Source: a virus (lineage: Duplodnaviria > Caudoviricetes). Taken from it: a stretch of DNA of 60,152 nt. Position numbers and translations under genes: made by a program. Numbering within the stretch: the stretch's first letter is position 1; every line of letters starts with the position of its first letter. Under the pieces are notes generated by a model. It searched no databases and was not told where the DNA came from. It saw nothing but the letters and a program-made list of their open reading frames with translations. The DNA is taken from IMG/VR virus record IMGVR_UViG_3300011115_000619, positions 1 to 60,152 of that record; one strand, written 5' to 3'. Of this stretch, positions 49,101 through 57,378 are shown in pieces.

Positions 49101-51317
49101 GGCAACGTCAGCCGTCTGGAGAAGCAGGCGAAGGCTTTCTATGACGCCATCCACAAGGCGACTGAAACTCAGAAGAAGGCCATCTTCAGCTACCTGACCA
49201 CTAAGGGTGCAATTGCACCCAACCTGCCCCCTGCCCTGCAGAAGGCGGCGGTCGAGGTCAAGAAGCAGATCAACGAGATTGGCGAGAACATGGTCTCTCG
49301 CGGGATGCTCTCGCAGGAGAGCCTCGACGAGTACAAGGACAGCTACCTGCCCCGCCTGTACATGAAGTACCTGCTGGAGGGGAAGAACATCAGCACCGGC
49401 CTGCGCGTTGGATCTCAGGAGTATCTGAACCAGCGCAAGAAGCTGACGGTCGAGGAGCGCGTGGCTCTGGGTGAGGTGGAGGAGCCTAGCTTCTTGGCCT
49501 TCACCGCCATGTACCGTCCGCAGCGTGACATGGCCATCATGGACTTCCTGTCTGGCATTGCTCAGACCGGGAACGATTGGGTTCTGCCCGACACCCTGAT
49601 TGACTGGAACGGCAGGAAGGTCACGGCGTACTGGCTGGCTGATGAGGCTCATGCCTTGCGCGAGCGTATGAAGTACGAGCCTGACCCCAAGAAGAGCAAG
49701 TCGATGGGCAAGACCGCACAGCGGATGCAGAAGCTTGCTGACCCCATCATGAATGGCCGCATCCCGGAGAACTACAAGCAGCTTCCCAAGACCAGCCGGT
49801 ATGGTGCCCTCAAAGGCATGACCGTCAGGAAAGAGATCTACGACGATCTCGTGGGCGCTGCCCAGTTCAATGCCGATGCCAGCATGGTAGATAACCTCTT
49901 TGGCGACAGGAACTCCGCGCTCGCAAAGGGCACGCAGTTCTGGAAGATGACCAAGACGATCCTCAACCCGCCGACGCAGGTCCGCAACTTCATCTCGAAC
50001 GCAGTGATGCTCAACCTCTCCGGCGTCAGTCCGCTCATGGTTGGCCCTCGTATGCTTCAGGCCATGAAGGAAATGCGCACCAATGGTCCCGCTTGGCAGA
50101 TCGCCAAGGAGTATGGCGTTGAGGCGACCGGCTTCAACGAGCAGGAGATGCGTGAAGTCAATGAGGCCCTGCAGGAGTACCTGTCGAAGAACACCACCGG
50201 GGTGATGAACGTCAAGGTTCTGGCGAACATCTTCTCGAAGGTCTCGAACAAGGCTGGCAACTGGTATCAGTGGAGCGAGCAGGTCTTCAAGACGGCGAAG
50301 ATCATCGACGAACTGGAGAAGAACAAGGTCTACTCGATGCCCAAGGGATCGAAGGCCCGTCAGAATGCTGAAGGCGCTGCCGCTCTGCAGGCGCACAAGT
50401 GGTTCTTCGACTACAGCCTTGTGCCCCCGTCCATCCGGTCTCTGCGCACAATGCCTTTCGGCGCACCGTTCATCACCTACTACTACAAGGCCCTGCCGGT
50501 TCTTGCTGAGGTGGCGATGAACCCAAGGACGGCATTCCGCTTTGCTCCGTATGTGGCTCTGGCGACCGTGCTTCCTGCCGCAATCGCAAGCTCTTACGAT
50601 GTGGAGGATGAGGACATCGAGAAGCTCAGGATGAGCATGTCGGAACAGCTTCGTGACAAGCCAAACATGTTGCTCATCCCGTGGAAGGACGAGAACGGCA
50701 ACTGGCAGTTCCTCGATGCCGGTTATTTCTTTCCTTGGACGATGTTCCTCACCACAGCAACAAGCATTGCAAAGGGGGATGTATCGGGCGCTTTGAGCAG
50801 CGTGGGCGCTTTGTCCAGCCCGGCTTTGTCTGCCGTGACCGCAATCAAGACCAACATCGATCCGTTCTCAGGCAGGGAGATCATCAACAAGGCTGACCCG
50901 CCGCATGAACAGATGATGTCCCTTGTTCACTATGTGAACAACCTGATCTCGCCTCCGTTCCTGACCCAGTATGGCTTCGCTGGCAAGCTCTATGACAACG
51001 CAACCAACTCTGGCATGAACCGCTATGGCGAACCCAATCAAGACGCCGCACAGATCACTGGCCGTTTCTTTGGCTTCAACTTCTACCCGGTCGTGCCTGA
51101 GATGCAGCGCGGCAGAAACCTTGTGAAAATGCAGGCTGATATCAACGACGTGAAGATGCGGATGCGCTACACAGTGAAGGACCTCAGCCTGACGGATGAG
51201 CAGCGCAGGCGGGCAATTGAGGACTACACTGCGGAGATCCTGAAACGCACCGAGGAACTCGTTCAGTATGCCAAGGACAGCGACATACCGGGCGTCCTCA
51301 AGAAGAAGCAGGGGTAG
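43185..51317 (+). CDS. Giant multidomain (polyvalent-type) internal virion protein, 2710 aa
   Basis: Single uninterrupted ORF; hydrophobic N-terminal ejection-like region, Ala/Pro/Glu/Lys linkers, HEPFH motif and a WY...LSATS...VDRH...QAALW domain. Confidence 0.8.
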   Translation: MVKRVSFAGNTIEFPDEFSREQIDQIIKERAPEYRKIFGIKEPEKPSGFKAAVGSGIDALQQQLYSAGEGAAGALGLESLAKFAGEGAARNKAEAAAALPEQMQFGKAESLGDYWRAAKEALGTSLPQMAPSVVAGALTGAAAGSAVPVLGTGIGALIGGTAAGLPQFFGANRERQKEENAGVVKSEGAALLAAVPQAAMDSLLGKFIPGAGRAVAGGVLTRAVKSGAEGVITEVPTEVGQSILERLQAGLPLDDDEAIGEYKEAAIAAGILGGGIGSVSGAAQKRAMTDQEMRALAGQEQSDQLQQNINDARMAAPAAAPAALPTAPAGTPPATTTAPATASATATTTTPATAPATGATAPNALAATPPAATPSAAPASSLVNQQAAETAAQIEAATAPEPAPTLPKGKPVRVTYLNDDGSDADVAQEMQLVGNEPDGTPILINPQGLPFKPEPNRVRIEPLEVTTPSPAQQVAQAEELPSATELTAEPAPEQEMDLSTALKELIDRADLKAAPAPVENAPAPEQTTGLLEDIKTLIENADLKAAPAPAENVPSTVQPETAAPASKRVRKSQAKPDTLTPEQEVVFEQAINSLPAGIRIINTTDLGRQLGFSATAMFKTLGRLAEEGKVQKTGKGPYMRVEASVAPAANEIIEAPAAQPTPQPATQAQPNIFDALVNLASTQARKMYPGEIISAEEFAEQRNITLEQAQEALGSNPFFKEEDGVFERLEKPQDDTPPAPAAKPKAAAPKKAPAQKAAPAAATEPKQKAARKPKATPEQLQAARDSIIAAPVKTKLDLPALMKQHDMTMEEVRGVARSLVDEGFVVLPSKSKGYIRTAKEAPKAAAPKVEAPKVEKVAEAPKVPSQEQAAPETKPVEQVVEKPVEPKAEVAPQPPAPAAEETEAETVTEKVDVADLLAALKKEAAAAPQLTDSEKLAMAGINKLSLKPDSVVSALTLMAKIREINPNSGLTAAKIKNEIFPELVKKGILVPGEKGTGNFLIPPKQKAAPKPRGPRTQESRRAGAERAAAKKNIDKAKTAAPVEEEVEAEEGASIREILNSQKDPDQRLETLTEDSALDLDIDDFIAEVEKIKNEKLAAAPKDDPFDASFLMDALGFMEDIDPADPEAVFEAQKLLVNAIGKTDNLLAPEVREDLQKAWAEGGEGDGTPGELTEDQKLKKRFDVLNEFGNKITLGNMGSFINSLNNEGLIDAKSKYWQDTLSQLYGIFSNEGKISALSYLENRFNQYRADLKSKPADKSMTPKQEAQKEIDNLHDNNQINTNSLLGLVDDFVKRGLFNEDIAKVVRSSIKSNAYQGSIVLERALSAKSIEELSTRGANALETEAEAEAKPKRTKRRKGKKKAAKEAKAAPELTPEQIAEREARRAEAQSFLNERLAKMEASGPFGQKAAAEVRRVLADGDISNVQAHHAFVMAEIATKLLKGTAANPDIRFLKSVDYDGRRLRRGNPDALAGLIEFSLNDAEGKSVLGYSRETAAHEPFHVLQDLMEQYDPATSKILFGQRTGIDPDTGHGIYKGGAFRDGMTLADISPSIQRTLKNLSPEPGGGSYWSRFSEQYNAQDAAGERLRSEFGKQREAMAYVFGMLADAKERGFNTNSLDPAFKRFVNFLAAFREKMGSFLRGEGYRSTDQVLEDYISGERQKGYGEEVDRGGLGEFSVRGNDPVFVRTYKELRESARSRSDWKDWYDRHDKLLRDTFGNDAELFQTILSATSQAASVAANVGLALKAYRQMKSNANQFEGFLPAVIKNLERIRADEALRGAKISEYGKASAGDEAGIAVDRHIAMIMFDKKSPNAREIAVAKEWIRDIARDLGWKPREVQAALWAANQVIQGKDPADVRSYDYFLDRKANQIAALRSAFPDVGREAGGIRESSKAVQSGEERSQRGGVGSDGEFSVRGGRLSEKAEMAINRGQLQNASKNLTIMQRLKKMAQRVFDPLADMTGRDEYLMQRYRALGNVSRLEKQAKAFYDAIHKATETQKKAIFSYLTTKGAIAPNLPPALQKAAVEVKKQINEIGENMVSRGMLSQESLDEYKDSYLPRLYMKYLLEGKNISTGLRVGSQEYLNQRKKLTVEERVALGEVEEPSFLAFTAMYRPQRDMAIMDFLSGIAQTGNDWVLPDTLIDWNGRKVTAYWLADEAHALRERMKYEPDPKKSKSMGKTAQRMQKLADPIMNGRIPENYKQLPKTSRYGALKGMTVRKEIYDDLVGAAQFNADASMVDNLFGDRNSALAKGTQFWKMTKTILNPPTQVRNFISNAVMLNLSGVSPLMVGPRMLQAMKEMRTNGPAWQIAKEYGVEATGFNEQEMREVNEALQEYLSKNTTGVMNVKVLANIFSKVSNKAGNWYQWSEQVFKTAKIIDELEKNKVYSMPKGSKARQNAEGAAALQAHKWFFDYSLVPPSIRSLRTMPFGAPFITYYYKALPVLAEVAMNPRTAFRFAPYVALATVLPAAIASSYDVEDEDIEKLRMSMSEQLRDKPNMLLIPWKDENGNWQFLDAGYFFPWTMFLTTATSIAKGDVSGALSSVGALSSPALSAVTAIKTNIDPFSGREIINKADPPHEQMMSLVHYVNNLISPPFLTQYGFAGKLYDNATNSGMNRYGEPNQDAAQITGRFFGFNFYPVVPEMQRGRNLVKMQADINDVKMRMRYTVKDLSLTDEQRRRAIEDYTAEILKRTEELVQYAKDSDIPGVLKKKQG

Positions 51318-51322
51318 ACATC

Positions 51323-51565
51323 ATGGCAAAGGAACGTGACTACAAGAACGAGTACCTGACCTACCACGCGAAGCCGGAGCAAAAGAAAAACCGCGCTCAG
51401 CGCAACGCGGCTCGCGCCACCATGATGAAGGCTGGAAAGGTGGCAAAGGGTGATGGTAAGGATGTGGATCACCTGAAGCCGATCCGCTCTTCAGGTACAA
51501 ATGCACCCAAAAACCTTCGGGTCACATCCGTCAAGGCCAACCGTGGTTGGCGAGGCAAGCCATGA
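51323..51565 (+). CDS. Small basic HNH-like protein
   Basis: R.YK.EY...GDGKDVDH.KP....N...NLRV.....NR. Confidence 0.7.
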   Translation: MAKERDYKNEYLTYHAKPEQKKNRAQRNAARATMMKAGKVAKGDGKDVDHLKPIRSSGTNAPKNLRVTSVKANRGWRGKP

Positions 51566-51978
51566 TCTATGACCGTGATACCCTCATGCAAGAACTCGTC
51601 CGCGATGAGGGGGTGAAGTTGCAGCCTTATCGTTGCACCGCAGGCAAGCTGACCATTGGTGTGGGCAGGAACATTGAGGACCGTGGCATCACCAACGCGG
51701 AAGCCATGTACCTTCTGAACAACGACATCGCCATCTGCGAGAGCGAACTGACCGCCGTCCTGCCCAAGTGGCGGGAACTCTCAGACACCCGTCAGCGTGT
51801 GCTTCTGAACATGGTGTTCAATCTTGGTCGCGCTAGGCTTTCTGGCTTCACAAAGTTCATCGCCTGCCTGAAGATGAATGACTTCCCCGGTGCTGCCGAA
51901 CAGATGATGGACAGCCTCTGGGCCAAACAAGTCGGGCAGCGGGCAGTGCGCCTGCGCGACATGCTGTTGAGGGGATAA
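51562..51978 (+). CDS. Endolysin (T4-lysozyme/GH24-like)
   Basis: DEG.....YRCTAGKLTIGVGRN with E-x8-C-x5-T catalytic spacing; M.FNLG; S.WAKQV..RA.RL. Confidence 0.88.
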   Translation: MIYDRDTLMQELVRDEGVKLQPYRCTAGKLTIGVGRNIEDRGITNAEAMYLLNNDIAICESELTAVLPKWRELSDTRQRVLLNMVFNLGRARLSGFTKFIACLKMNDFPGAAEQMMDSLWAKQVGQRAVRLRDMLLRG

Positions 51979-52106
51979 TGAACTTCTGGGTCTTCCTCCT
52001 GTGCGCTTTCGCCATGGGCCTTATCATCATGCCGGTGATCTTTGCGCTGGCTGCTGATCCTTCCCCTCCCCGCCCCAACCAGCCTCGCAAGAAGCGTCCT
52101 TTCTGA
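51978..52106 (+). CDS. Small membrane peptide in the lysis cassette (42 aa)
   Basis: Coupled TAATG and TGATG; hydrophobic N-terminus. Confidence 0.45.
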   Translation: MNFWVFLLCAFAMGLIIMPVIFALAADPSPPRPNQPRKKRPF

Positions 52107-52507
52107 TGGACCCAATCTCAACTCTCGCCACCCTTGGCAACACGCTGATCAGCCGGATCTGGCCAGATCCCAAAGATCAGGCCACGGCAGAGGCGATGCT
52201 GATCAAGGCCCAGATGGATGCGGCCATTGCTCAGGCGCAGCAGCAGATCGACATCAACAAGATCGAGGCCGCCAGTACGAACGTCTTCGTATCAGGTTGG
52301 CGTCCATTTGTGGGCTGGGCGTGTGGAGCGGCTTTTGCCGGACACTTCATTGTGATCCCGTCACTCAACTGGATCGTGCAATTGTTTGGTCACGCCCCGA
52401 TTGTGGTGCCGTTTGACATGTCCACCCTCTCAACCGTCCTCATGGGTCTCCTCGGCTTGGGAACTCTTCGCACGGTGGAGAAGGTGAGCGGGGTCGCAAG
52501 CAAGTAG
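52106..52507 (+). CDS. Holin (GTA-type 3TM holin family)
   Basis: FVSGWRPFVGWAC...LLGLG.LRT.EK. Confidence 0.8.
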   Translation: MDPISTLATLGNTLISRIWPDPKDQATAEAMLIKAQMDAAIAQAQQQIDINKIEAASTNVFVSGWRPFVGWACGAAFAGHFIVIPSLNWIVQLFGHAPIVVPFDMSTLSTVLMGLLGLGTLRTVEKVSGVASK

Positions 52508-52512
52508 TCTGG

Positions 52513-52926
52513 TCAGAACCAGATGAACTCCTTGAGGTCGATGAGGACGACCGGCTCGATGTCATCAGGATCGTTGCGGTCAGTGCGTCCGCCCATCTCC
52601 AGTTCAAACGGGCAGGGGAAGAACACAAAGCCAATCCTGTCTGTCCACTGAACCACAAGCAGCGCCTTGGTGTCTGTCATGCGGGCCAGTTCACACATGG
52701 CCATGTACTTCCCCAGAGACAGCAAGTAGGTGGGGTAGCGCGAGGAGGGGAATGGCCTGCACTTCGCCTCAGCGAAGGCCGCGATCTTCCCCTTGCGGGT
52801 GAGGGAGAAGTCGGCCCGGTATGACTTGGGGTTCTTGTGGGCCTCGCAGTTCCACTTCTCGCTGACCCTGTCGATCAGGTCGCGCTCTGCTTTGAGCGTG
52901 GCTGCGTTCTCGTAGGTTGGTCTCAT
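52513..52926 (-). CDS. PD-(D/E)xK nuclease-like protein
   Basis: YRADF.....AFAEAKCR. Confidence 0.6.
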   Translation of the reverse strand: MRPTYENAATLKAERDLIDRVSEKWNCEAHKNPKSYRADFSLTRKGKIAAFAEAKCRPFPSSRYPTYLLSLGKYMAMCELARMTDTKALLVVQWTDRIGFVFFPCPFELEMGGRTDRNDPDDIEPVVLIDLKEFIWF

Positions 52927-53141
52927 CCTGTTTCCTTAAAGCTGATCCACCGGCCAGAGGACGTTGTGAGGTGCGCCATTCCGGGGGAACACACCAGAGG
53001 AAAACCCTGCACACAACGCGATCTCTGACCGATGGGGAGTGGCCATCCCCGTGCTTCTGTGGCCACCCGTCAGGCGCTGAGGAACCGCTAGTATTCCCCC
53101 ACGGGACGAACTGATATTTTGGATGCAAATGCACCCGTGGG

Positions 53142-53492
53142 CTAGGTGCCATCGCCCCATTTGTGGACGTGGCAGAGCCGGTTCTGAGGCCCAGCACTCT
53201 TGAACAGCACGCCACAAGTCATGCACTTCCTCATGGCAGGCTTGTCATTGATCATGGGTTCATCGCCCTCGATCCTGCCACGAGCCTGCACAAAGAACTG
53301 GTGCCTTTTCTTCCTCTCCTGCGCCTTCAGGTTCTTGAAGAACATCTGGAAGGAGTAGGCCTTGTGGCGGATGCCATTGGGCGTACGGCCCGGAAACAAG
53401 GCTACGACCTCGCTTCCGTCCGCACGTCTTGCCCAAAGCTCATGGAGCAACTGCTCCTCTTCAGGCGACCAAGGTCCCATTCGCTTGTACAA
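53142..53492 (-). CDS. GcrA/Myb-like HTH plus Zn-ribbon regulator
   Basis: WSPEEEQLL.ELW...GRT.N.I..KA; C-terminal RKCMTC...FKS.G..NRLC. Confidence 0.55.
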   Translation of the reverse strand: MYKRMGPWSPEEEQLLHELWARRADGSEVVALFPGRTPNGIRHKAYSFQMFFKNLKAQERKKRHQFFVQARGRIEGDEPMINDKPAMRKCMTCGVLFKSAGPQNRLCHVHKWGDGT

Positions 53493-54155
53493 TTACGACC
53501 CCTTGTTGCTCAGCTTGCTGATGCGGAGATCGATTGTATCAAGGGTGCTGCGCAGATCTCTAGCACTCTGCATGAGAGCCTCGACCTGCGTGGTGAGGAA
53601 GCGGGCGCTCCTGACCTGAGCGTCCACCTTCTCACCCACCGCCTTGGCCTCTGCCATCAGAGCCTCGATCTCAGGGTCGAGCTTGAAGTCGCCAAAGGCT
53701 TCCCTGCGGACCTTGGCGATAACGGCAGATGGCAGGCCCATCTCTAGACCGATTTTCTCGTCTGAGTATCCGCCCGTGTACTGGCCACTGGGTGAGTGCC
53801 AGTACATCTCCAGTGCCTCGAAGATGTCCCTCATCTGCCGCATCGTCGGCTCAGCCAGTGATACTGGCTTTGCCTTGACCGCCTCGACCTGCTGCTTCGG
53901 TGCAACGATCACCATCTCTGCCTCCTGCTTTGGGGCTGGCTTATCCGCCATCTTGCAGGCAGGGCATGTACCGTTGGTGCGGTTCACATCCCAGCCCATC
54001 ATGCCAAACTTCTTTGCAATCACCTCCGGCGGGAGATGCTTGCGCAAAGAGACAACCTCACGGCTCTGGCAGGACTTGCACTCAAGCTGCGCAGCCATGG
54101 TGGTTGCTCCACCGGGACCTCTCTCCCGGATGCGTGTCCAAGGAACCTCACTCAT
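53493..54155 (-). CDS. Hypothetical protein with CxxC pairs and a C-terminal coiled coil
   Basis: ATG 54155 overlaps the upstream stop. Confidence 0.65.
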   Translation of the reverse strand: MSEVPWTRIRERGPGGATTMAAQLECKSCQSREVVSLRKHLPPEVIAKKFGMMGWDVNRTNGTCPACKMADKPAPKQEAEMVIVAPKQQVEAVKAKPVSLAEPTMRQMRDIFEALEMYWHSPSGQYTGGYSDEKIGLEMGLPSAVIAKVRREAFGDFKLDPEIEALMAEAKAVGEKVDAQVRSARFLTTQVEALMQSARDLRSTLDTIDLRISKLSNKGS

Positions 54156-54484
54156 TTCGTTTCCTCGAACATGGGGATCTGCTTCCCGGTTACATCGAGG
54201 GGCGGGGGAGTGGGTGCCCATGTGTCTGTGGGCACAAACTCAATGTTGATGTAGTGGCCAAGGAACTCACCAATCCGTGAGATCTCAGAAAGGTTGAAGT
54301 CCAGCCGCTCGCGTGCCCTGCCGCTCAGCAGGTCAACAAGACGAAGTTCTGCAATCTCAGTCTCCCGTGCCAACGTCGCGGTCGAGATACGACGCAGGGA
54401 CATGGCGTAGTGGATCTCTGAGGCCATGCCGTGGCGAAGGGCGTTCTCAGCGGCGGCAACCTCGTGCTGCTTCTTTCCGGTCAT
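54152..54484 (-). CDS. XRE-like HTH protein
   Basis: ISTATLARET...L.DLLSG...L.EI.RI. Confidence 0.55.
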   Translation of the reverse strand: MTGKKQHEVAAAENALRHGMASEIHYAMSLRRISTATLARETEIAELRLVDLLSGRARERLDFNLSEISRIGEFLGHYINIEFVPTDTWAPTPPPLDVTGKQIPMFEETK

Positions 54485-54519
54485 CTCTATCTCCTTGTCT
54501 GGTGCATTAAGGGTGGGGG

Positions 54520-54816
54520 TTATTTCACCGGCATGTTCGTTTCGTTGAACATCTCGATGGTGCGCATGTCATTGAGCATCAGGGTGGCGTAGCCAATGAT
54601 ATCCACGACATTGTCTTGGTAGGTGACATCCCCATTAAGCATCCTGCCCAGCTTGTGGGCGATCATCTCTAGGGCCTCCTTTTGACTGGAGGTGAGGTTC
54701 CTCCACTTGGGGGAATTGTGCATGACCCGCTTGAGGTCCTGCGTGATCTGAGCATGGCGGTCGAAGGCTCCATATCGATTGCCACGCTCTGCCAGAACAT
54801 TGTTGATCTCCGTCAC
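54520..54816 (-). CDS. DUF6378-like phage protein
   Basis: LAERG.RYG.F...KLGR..NGD..Y.DN..DI.GYA.L. Confidence 0.75.
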   Translation of the reverse strand: MTEINNVLAERGNRYGAFDRHAQITQDLKRVMHNSPKWRNLTSSQKEALEMIAHKLGRMLNGDVTYQDNVVDIIGYATLMLNDMRTIEMFNETNMPVK

Positions 54817-55244
54817 CTTGTGTCTCCCTTGAACCTGTCCACGATGTTGAGGAACGTCTTGCGGGCGTCCGCGTCTGACTTCAATTCAGACCGGCTCTCG
54901 ATGCCAGCCATCTCACATACAGCGTCGGCAGCGGCTCTCTCAGAGGCATCAAACGCCATGCCCTGTGTGACCAGCCATTTCTGGAACTTAGGCTCCCTGC
55001 ACAAGGCTCCGGCGATCTGGACTGCCTTCTTGCCCTCGGTGACATCCGCAGGCTCTACAGGCTTATCATCGTCGTCCAGCTTGACCAGCGCCGCCACATA
55101 CCTGCTGCCCACCCAGTCGGTGAACAGGCTGGGCGGAACCTCATTCGGATGTATCGCCAGCGTCAGGATGATCCCCGACTTGTCCTGCTTGAGCGATATC
55201 TTCACCGCCTCGAAATTGATTGCTGCGTCCCTGATATCGGTCAT
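54813..55244 (-). CDS. Hypothetical protein
   Basis: FEAVK..L.Q.K.G..L.L..HP; G.LCREP.FQ.W; GI.SR.EL. Confidence 0.7.
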   Translation of the reverse strand: MTDIRDAAINFEAVKISLKQDKSGIILTLAIHPNEVPPSLFTDWVGSRYVAALVKLDDDDKPVEPADVTEGKKAVQIAGALCREPKFQKWLVTQGMAFDASERAAADAVCEMAGIESRSELKSDADARKTFLNIVDRFKGDTR

Positions 55245-55521
55245 ATTCTGCATCCTCCTTTCGCATCTCCTCGACTGCTTCCTCGTACAGATTCTGTACA
55301 TGCATGGACAAGTCCATCAGAACGTCAGCTTTGAAAAGAGCGTTCTCTTTCATGAACCTACGACTGAACTTGAAGCTATACATCTCTCCGGTCTCGTAGC
55401 TGCACTCAGCTTCAAAGAACTTCCTGACACATGCGCTTTCATATTCCAGTCGATCCTCCTTCTCCTCGTCAGTCATGTCTGGTCCTGCGTCATAGCAGCC
55501 AAGAACATATTGCTTCGCCAT
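55141..55521 (-). CDS. Hypothetical acidic protein
   Basis: Palindrome 55538 plus AAAGGA RBS; overlaps the next gene by ~100 bp. Confidence 0.55.
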   Translation of the reverse strand: MAKQYVLGCYDAGPDMTDEEKEDRLEYESACVRKFFEAECSYETGEMYSFKFSRRFMKENALFKADVLMDLSMHVQNLYEEAVEEMRKEDAEYDRYQGRSNQFRGGEDIAQAGQVGDHPDAGDTSE

Positions 55522-55550
55522 CTTCTTTGTCCTTTCGGATGCAATTGCAC

Positions 55551-56228
55551 CTATGGGGTTTGCTTCTGCAGGATCGACCCAATGGCATGAACGCCCTGAA
55601 CAAGGTCGCGCAAATTGGGCAGAGTGTCTGGGTAGAGACCGCTCTCCTTGCCTTCCATCACCGCAAACGCAACCCGCTCACACTCCTTCTTGTACCAATC
55701 CTTTGGTGTGTAGGCGGTGAAGTAGGGAGCAAACTGCTTGTTCTTTTCTGCCCAATGCTGAAGAACCGCGAAGCCATTGAGGTTGGTCATGTACAGGTGC
55801 CTGTAACCATCCTTCACGTCATTCATCAGCCCTGACTCGTAGAGATCACGAGCCGCCTTGTCGCGGATGGCTGCGCCGTTGCTGGTGCTTTTCACGCCGG
55901 GGCTAACCTTCCTGCGAAGGCCGGTGAGCAGAAGCATCGCAACCTTGTTGGGAGTTCCCAAGTACATGCAGGGAGACTTCTTCCATTCTTCGGCAAGGTG
56001 GGCCGCAAGGACGGCTGAGTCCGATCCGTTCTCTCCAATCTTGTTCATCTCCTTCAGGGCGCGGAACAGCTTGAGGTCGCCATCCTTTGCCCTGTTGACC
56101 ATGTCCTGCGCCAAGAAAATGTGCTTCACGTTGACGTGGTCGGTTGTCCCGTCCGCATACCGCAGGGTCACCTTCGTGCAGTCATGCTCAAGAGTGTTAA
56201 CCTCCACTACGGCAGTGGGTCTCTTCAT
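55551..56228 (-). CDS. Hypothetical protein
   Basis: GGAGG RBS; coupled. Confidence 0.65.
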   Translation of the reverse strand: MKRPTAVVEVNTLEHDCTKVTLRYADGTTDHVNVKHIFLAQDMVNRAKDGDLKLFRALKEMNKIGENGSDSAVLAAHLAEEWKKSPCMYLGTPNKVAMLLLTGLRRKVSPGVKSTSNGAAIRDKAARDLYESGLMNDVKDGYRHLYMTNLNGFAVLQHWAEKNKQFAPYFTAYTPKDWYKKECERVAFAVMEGKESGLYPDTLPNLRDLVQGVHAIGSILQKQTP

Positions 56229-56584
56229 GCTGAACCCTCCGGCTTGCCGAGAAGGCGCATGGTGTTGGGGTCAACCTTCTCACGCACATACTCAGACACG
56301 TCATCCAGAAGAGAGGCGATCCCGTCTGCCGTCATCAGTACGCCTGCAATTGCACCCGGCTCCTGCGCGGCAGAGATGCTCTGCTTCAGGATGCCTGCGA
56401 TCATGTTTGCCATGGCGTAGCAAATGCAGCTTCCGTGGAGCGGACCAAGCTCCTGCCGGTACATCACGCCAGTGAAGTGTTCCATGATCGTGTAGATCTC
56501 TTTGGCCTCAAGCTCCCCCATCCATGTGGGGGTGTAGACCTCCATCGAGCCATCGACGGTGATCTCCTCAGCGGTCTTTTCCAT
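56225..56584 (-). CDS. Hypothetical protein
   Basis: AGGAG RBS. Confidence 0.6.
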   Translation of the reverse strand: MEKTAEEITVDGSMEVYTPTWMGELEAKEIYTIMEHFTGVMYRQELGPLHGSCICYAMANMIAGILKQSISAAQEPGAIAGVLMTADGIASLLDDVSEYVREKVDPNTMRLLGKPEGSA

Positions 56585-56828
56585 AATTCTCTCCTACCCA
56601 TTTGATGGGATCGACGCCCTCAGTCGCCCACCACAGTGGCTCATCACCGAAACGGTGAAGGGCTGTGTGATGGTCTGCGCACAGAGGCACCGCCCAGTTG
56701 TCTCCTGACCTCTTGCCCATGGCGCTGGGTTCAGCGTGCTGCAGGTGGTGGGCTTGCGCCCACCTCCCACAGATCAAGCACGGGATGCGCCGGACTTCCC
56801 GGAGCCACTTCTCATCACGAACCCGCAT
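56568..56828 (-). CDS. DUF968-like HNH-fold protein
   Basis: PCLICG...AHH.....MG....D...VPLC..HH..LH. Confidence 0.75.
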   Translation of the reverse strand: MRVRDEKWLREVRRIPCLICGRWAQAHHLQHAEPSAMGKRSGDNWAVPLCADHHTALHRFGDEPLWWATEGVDPIKWVGENYGKDR

Positions 56829-57100
56829 TTGGCCTCCACCAGAGCCTTGAGTTTGGGAGGGAGGCGGACCCCCTTGATGCGAACGGTCAGCAATGCCCGC
56901 TCCTCATCAGTTGGTCTGCCTGCCCTCTGGTAGTTCCCAATCCGCCCCGCCTTCTTGAGGTGGTAGCGAATGGTGTTGTGGTTCCTGTTCAAGATCCTCG
57001 CGATCTCTTTGACGTTGTGCCCACGGTCCCAAAGGATCAGTGCGTACTGCGGCAAGAGGTGAGGGTAGAACGCAGGCTCAGAACGGGATTTCGTCATCAT
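56774..57100 (-). CDS. HTH protein
   Basis: G.NVKEIARILNRNHNTIRYHL. Confidence 0.55.
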   Translation of the reverse strand: MMTKSRSEPAFYPHLLPQYALILWDRGHNVKEIARILNRNHNTIRYHLKKAGRIGNYQRAGRPTDEERALLTVRIKGVRLPPKLKALVEAKCGFVMRSGSGKSGASRA

Positions 57101-57374
57101 CGTAGCTTCCTACCGGGCTGCTCTTGGGAGGGGGCGCAGCCTGCTTCTCGTAGGGCTTGTCAGCCTTCAGAGAGATGAACGTCCCAGCCTTCGGGCTTTC
57201 CTTTTCCCAGCCAGCGATCGACAGCTTGATGGGCTGACGGGCCTTGGCCTTCTCGACGAGGACACGGAGGAGGTCGGCATCCAGTTCGATGTCGCCCTTC
57301 CACTGAGGGGCCTTCGGGTGATCGTCCCGGTTGTTGCGGAACAACGCCCCAGTGTTTGGATAACTGCCAGCCAT
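57078..57374 (-). CDS. ssDNA-binding protein (DUF736-like)
   Basis: GALF.N.....P...G...AGW...G.F.SL; SSB-type tail DDDEIPF. Confidence 0.7.
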   Translation of the reverse strand: MAGSYPNTGALFRNNRDDHPKAPQWKGDIELDADLLRVLVEKAKARQPIKLSIAGWEKESPKAGTFISLKADKPYEKQAAPPPKSSPVGSYDDDEIPF

Positions 57375-57378
57375 AGTC

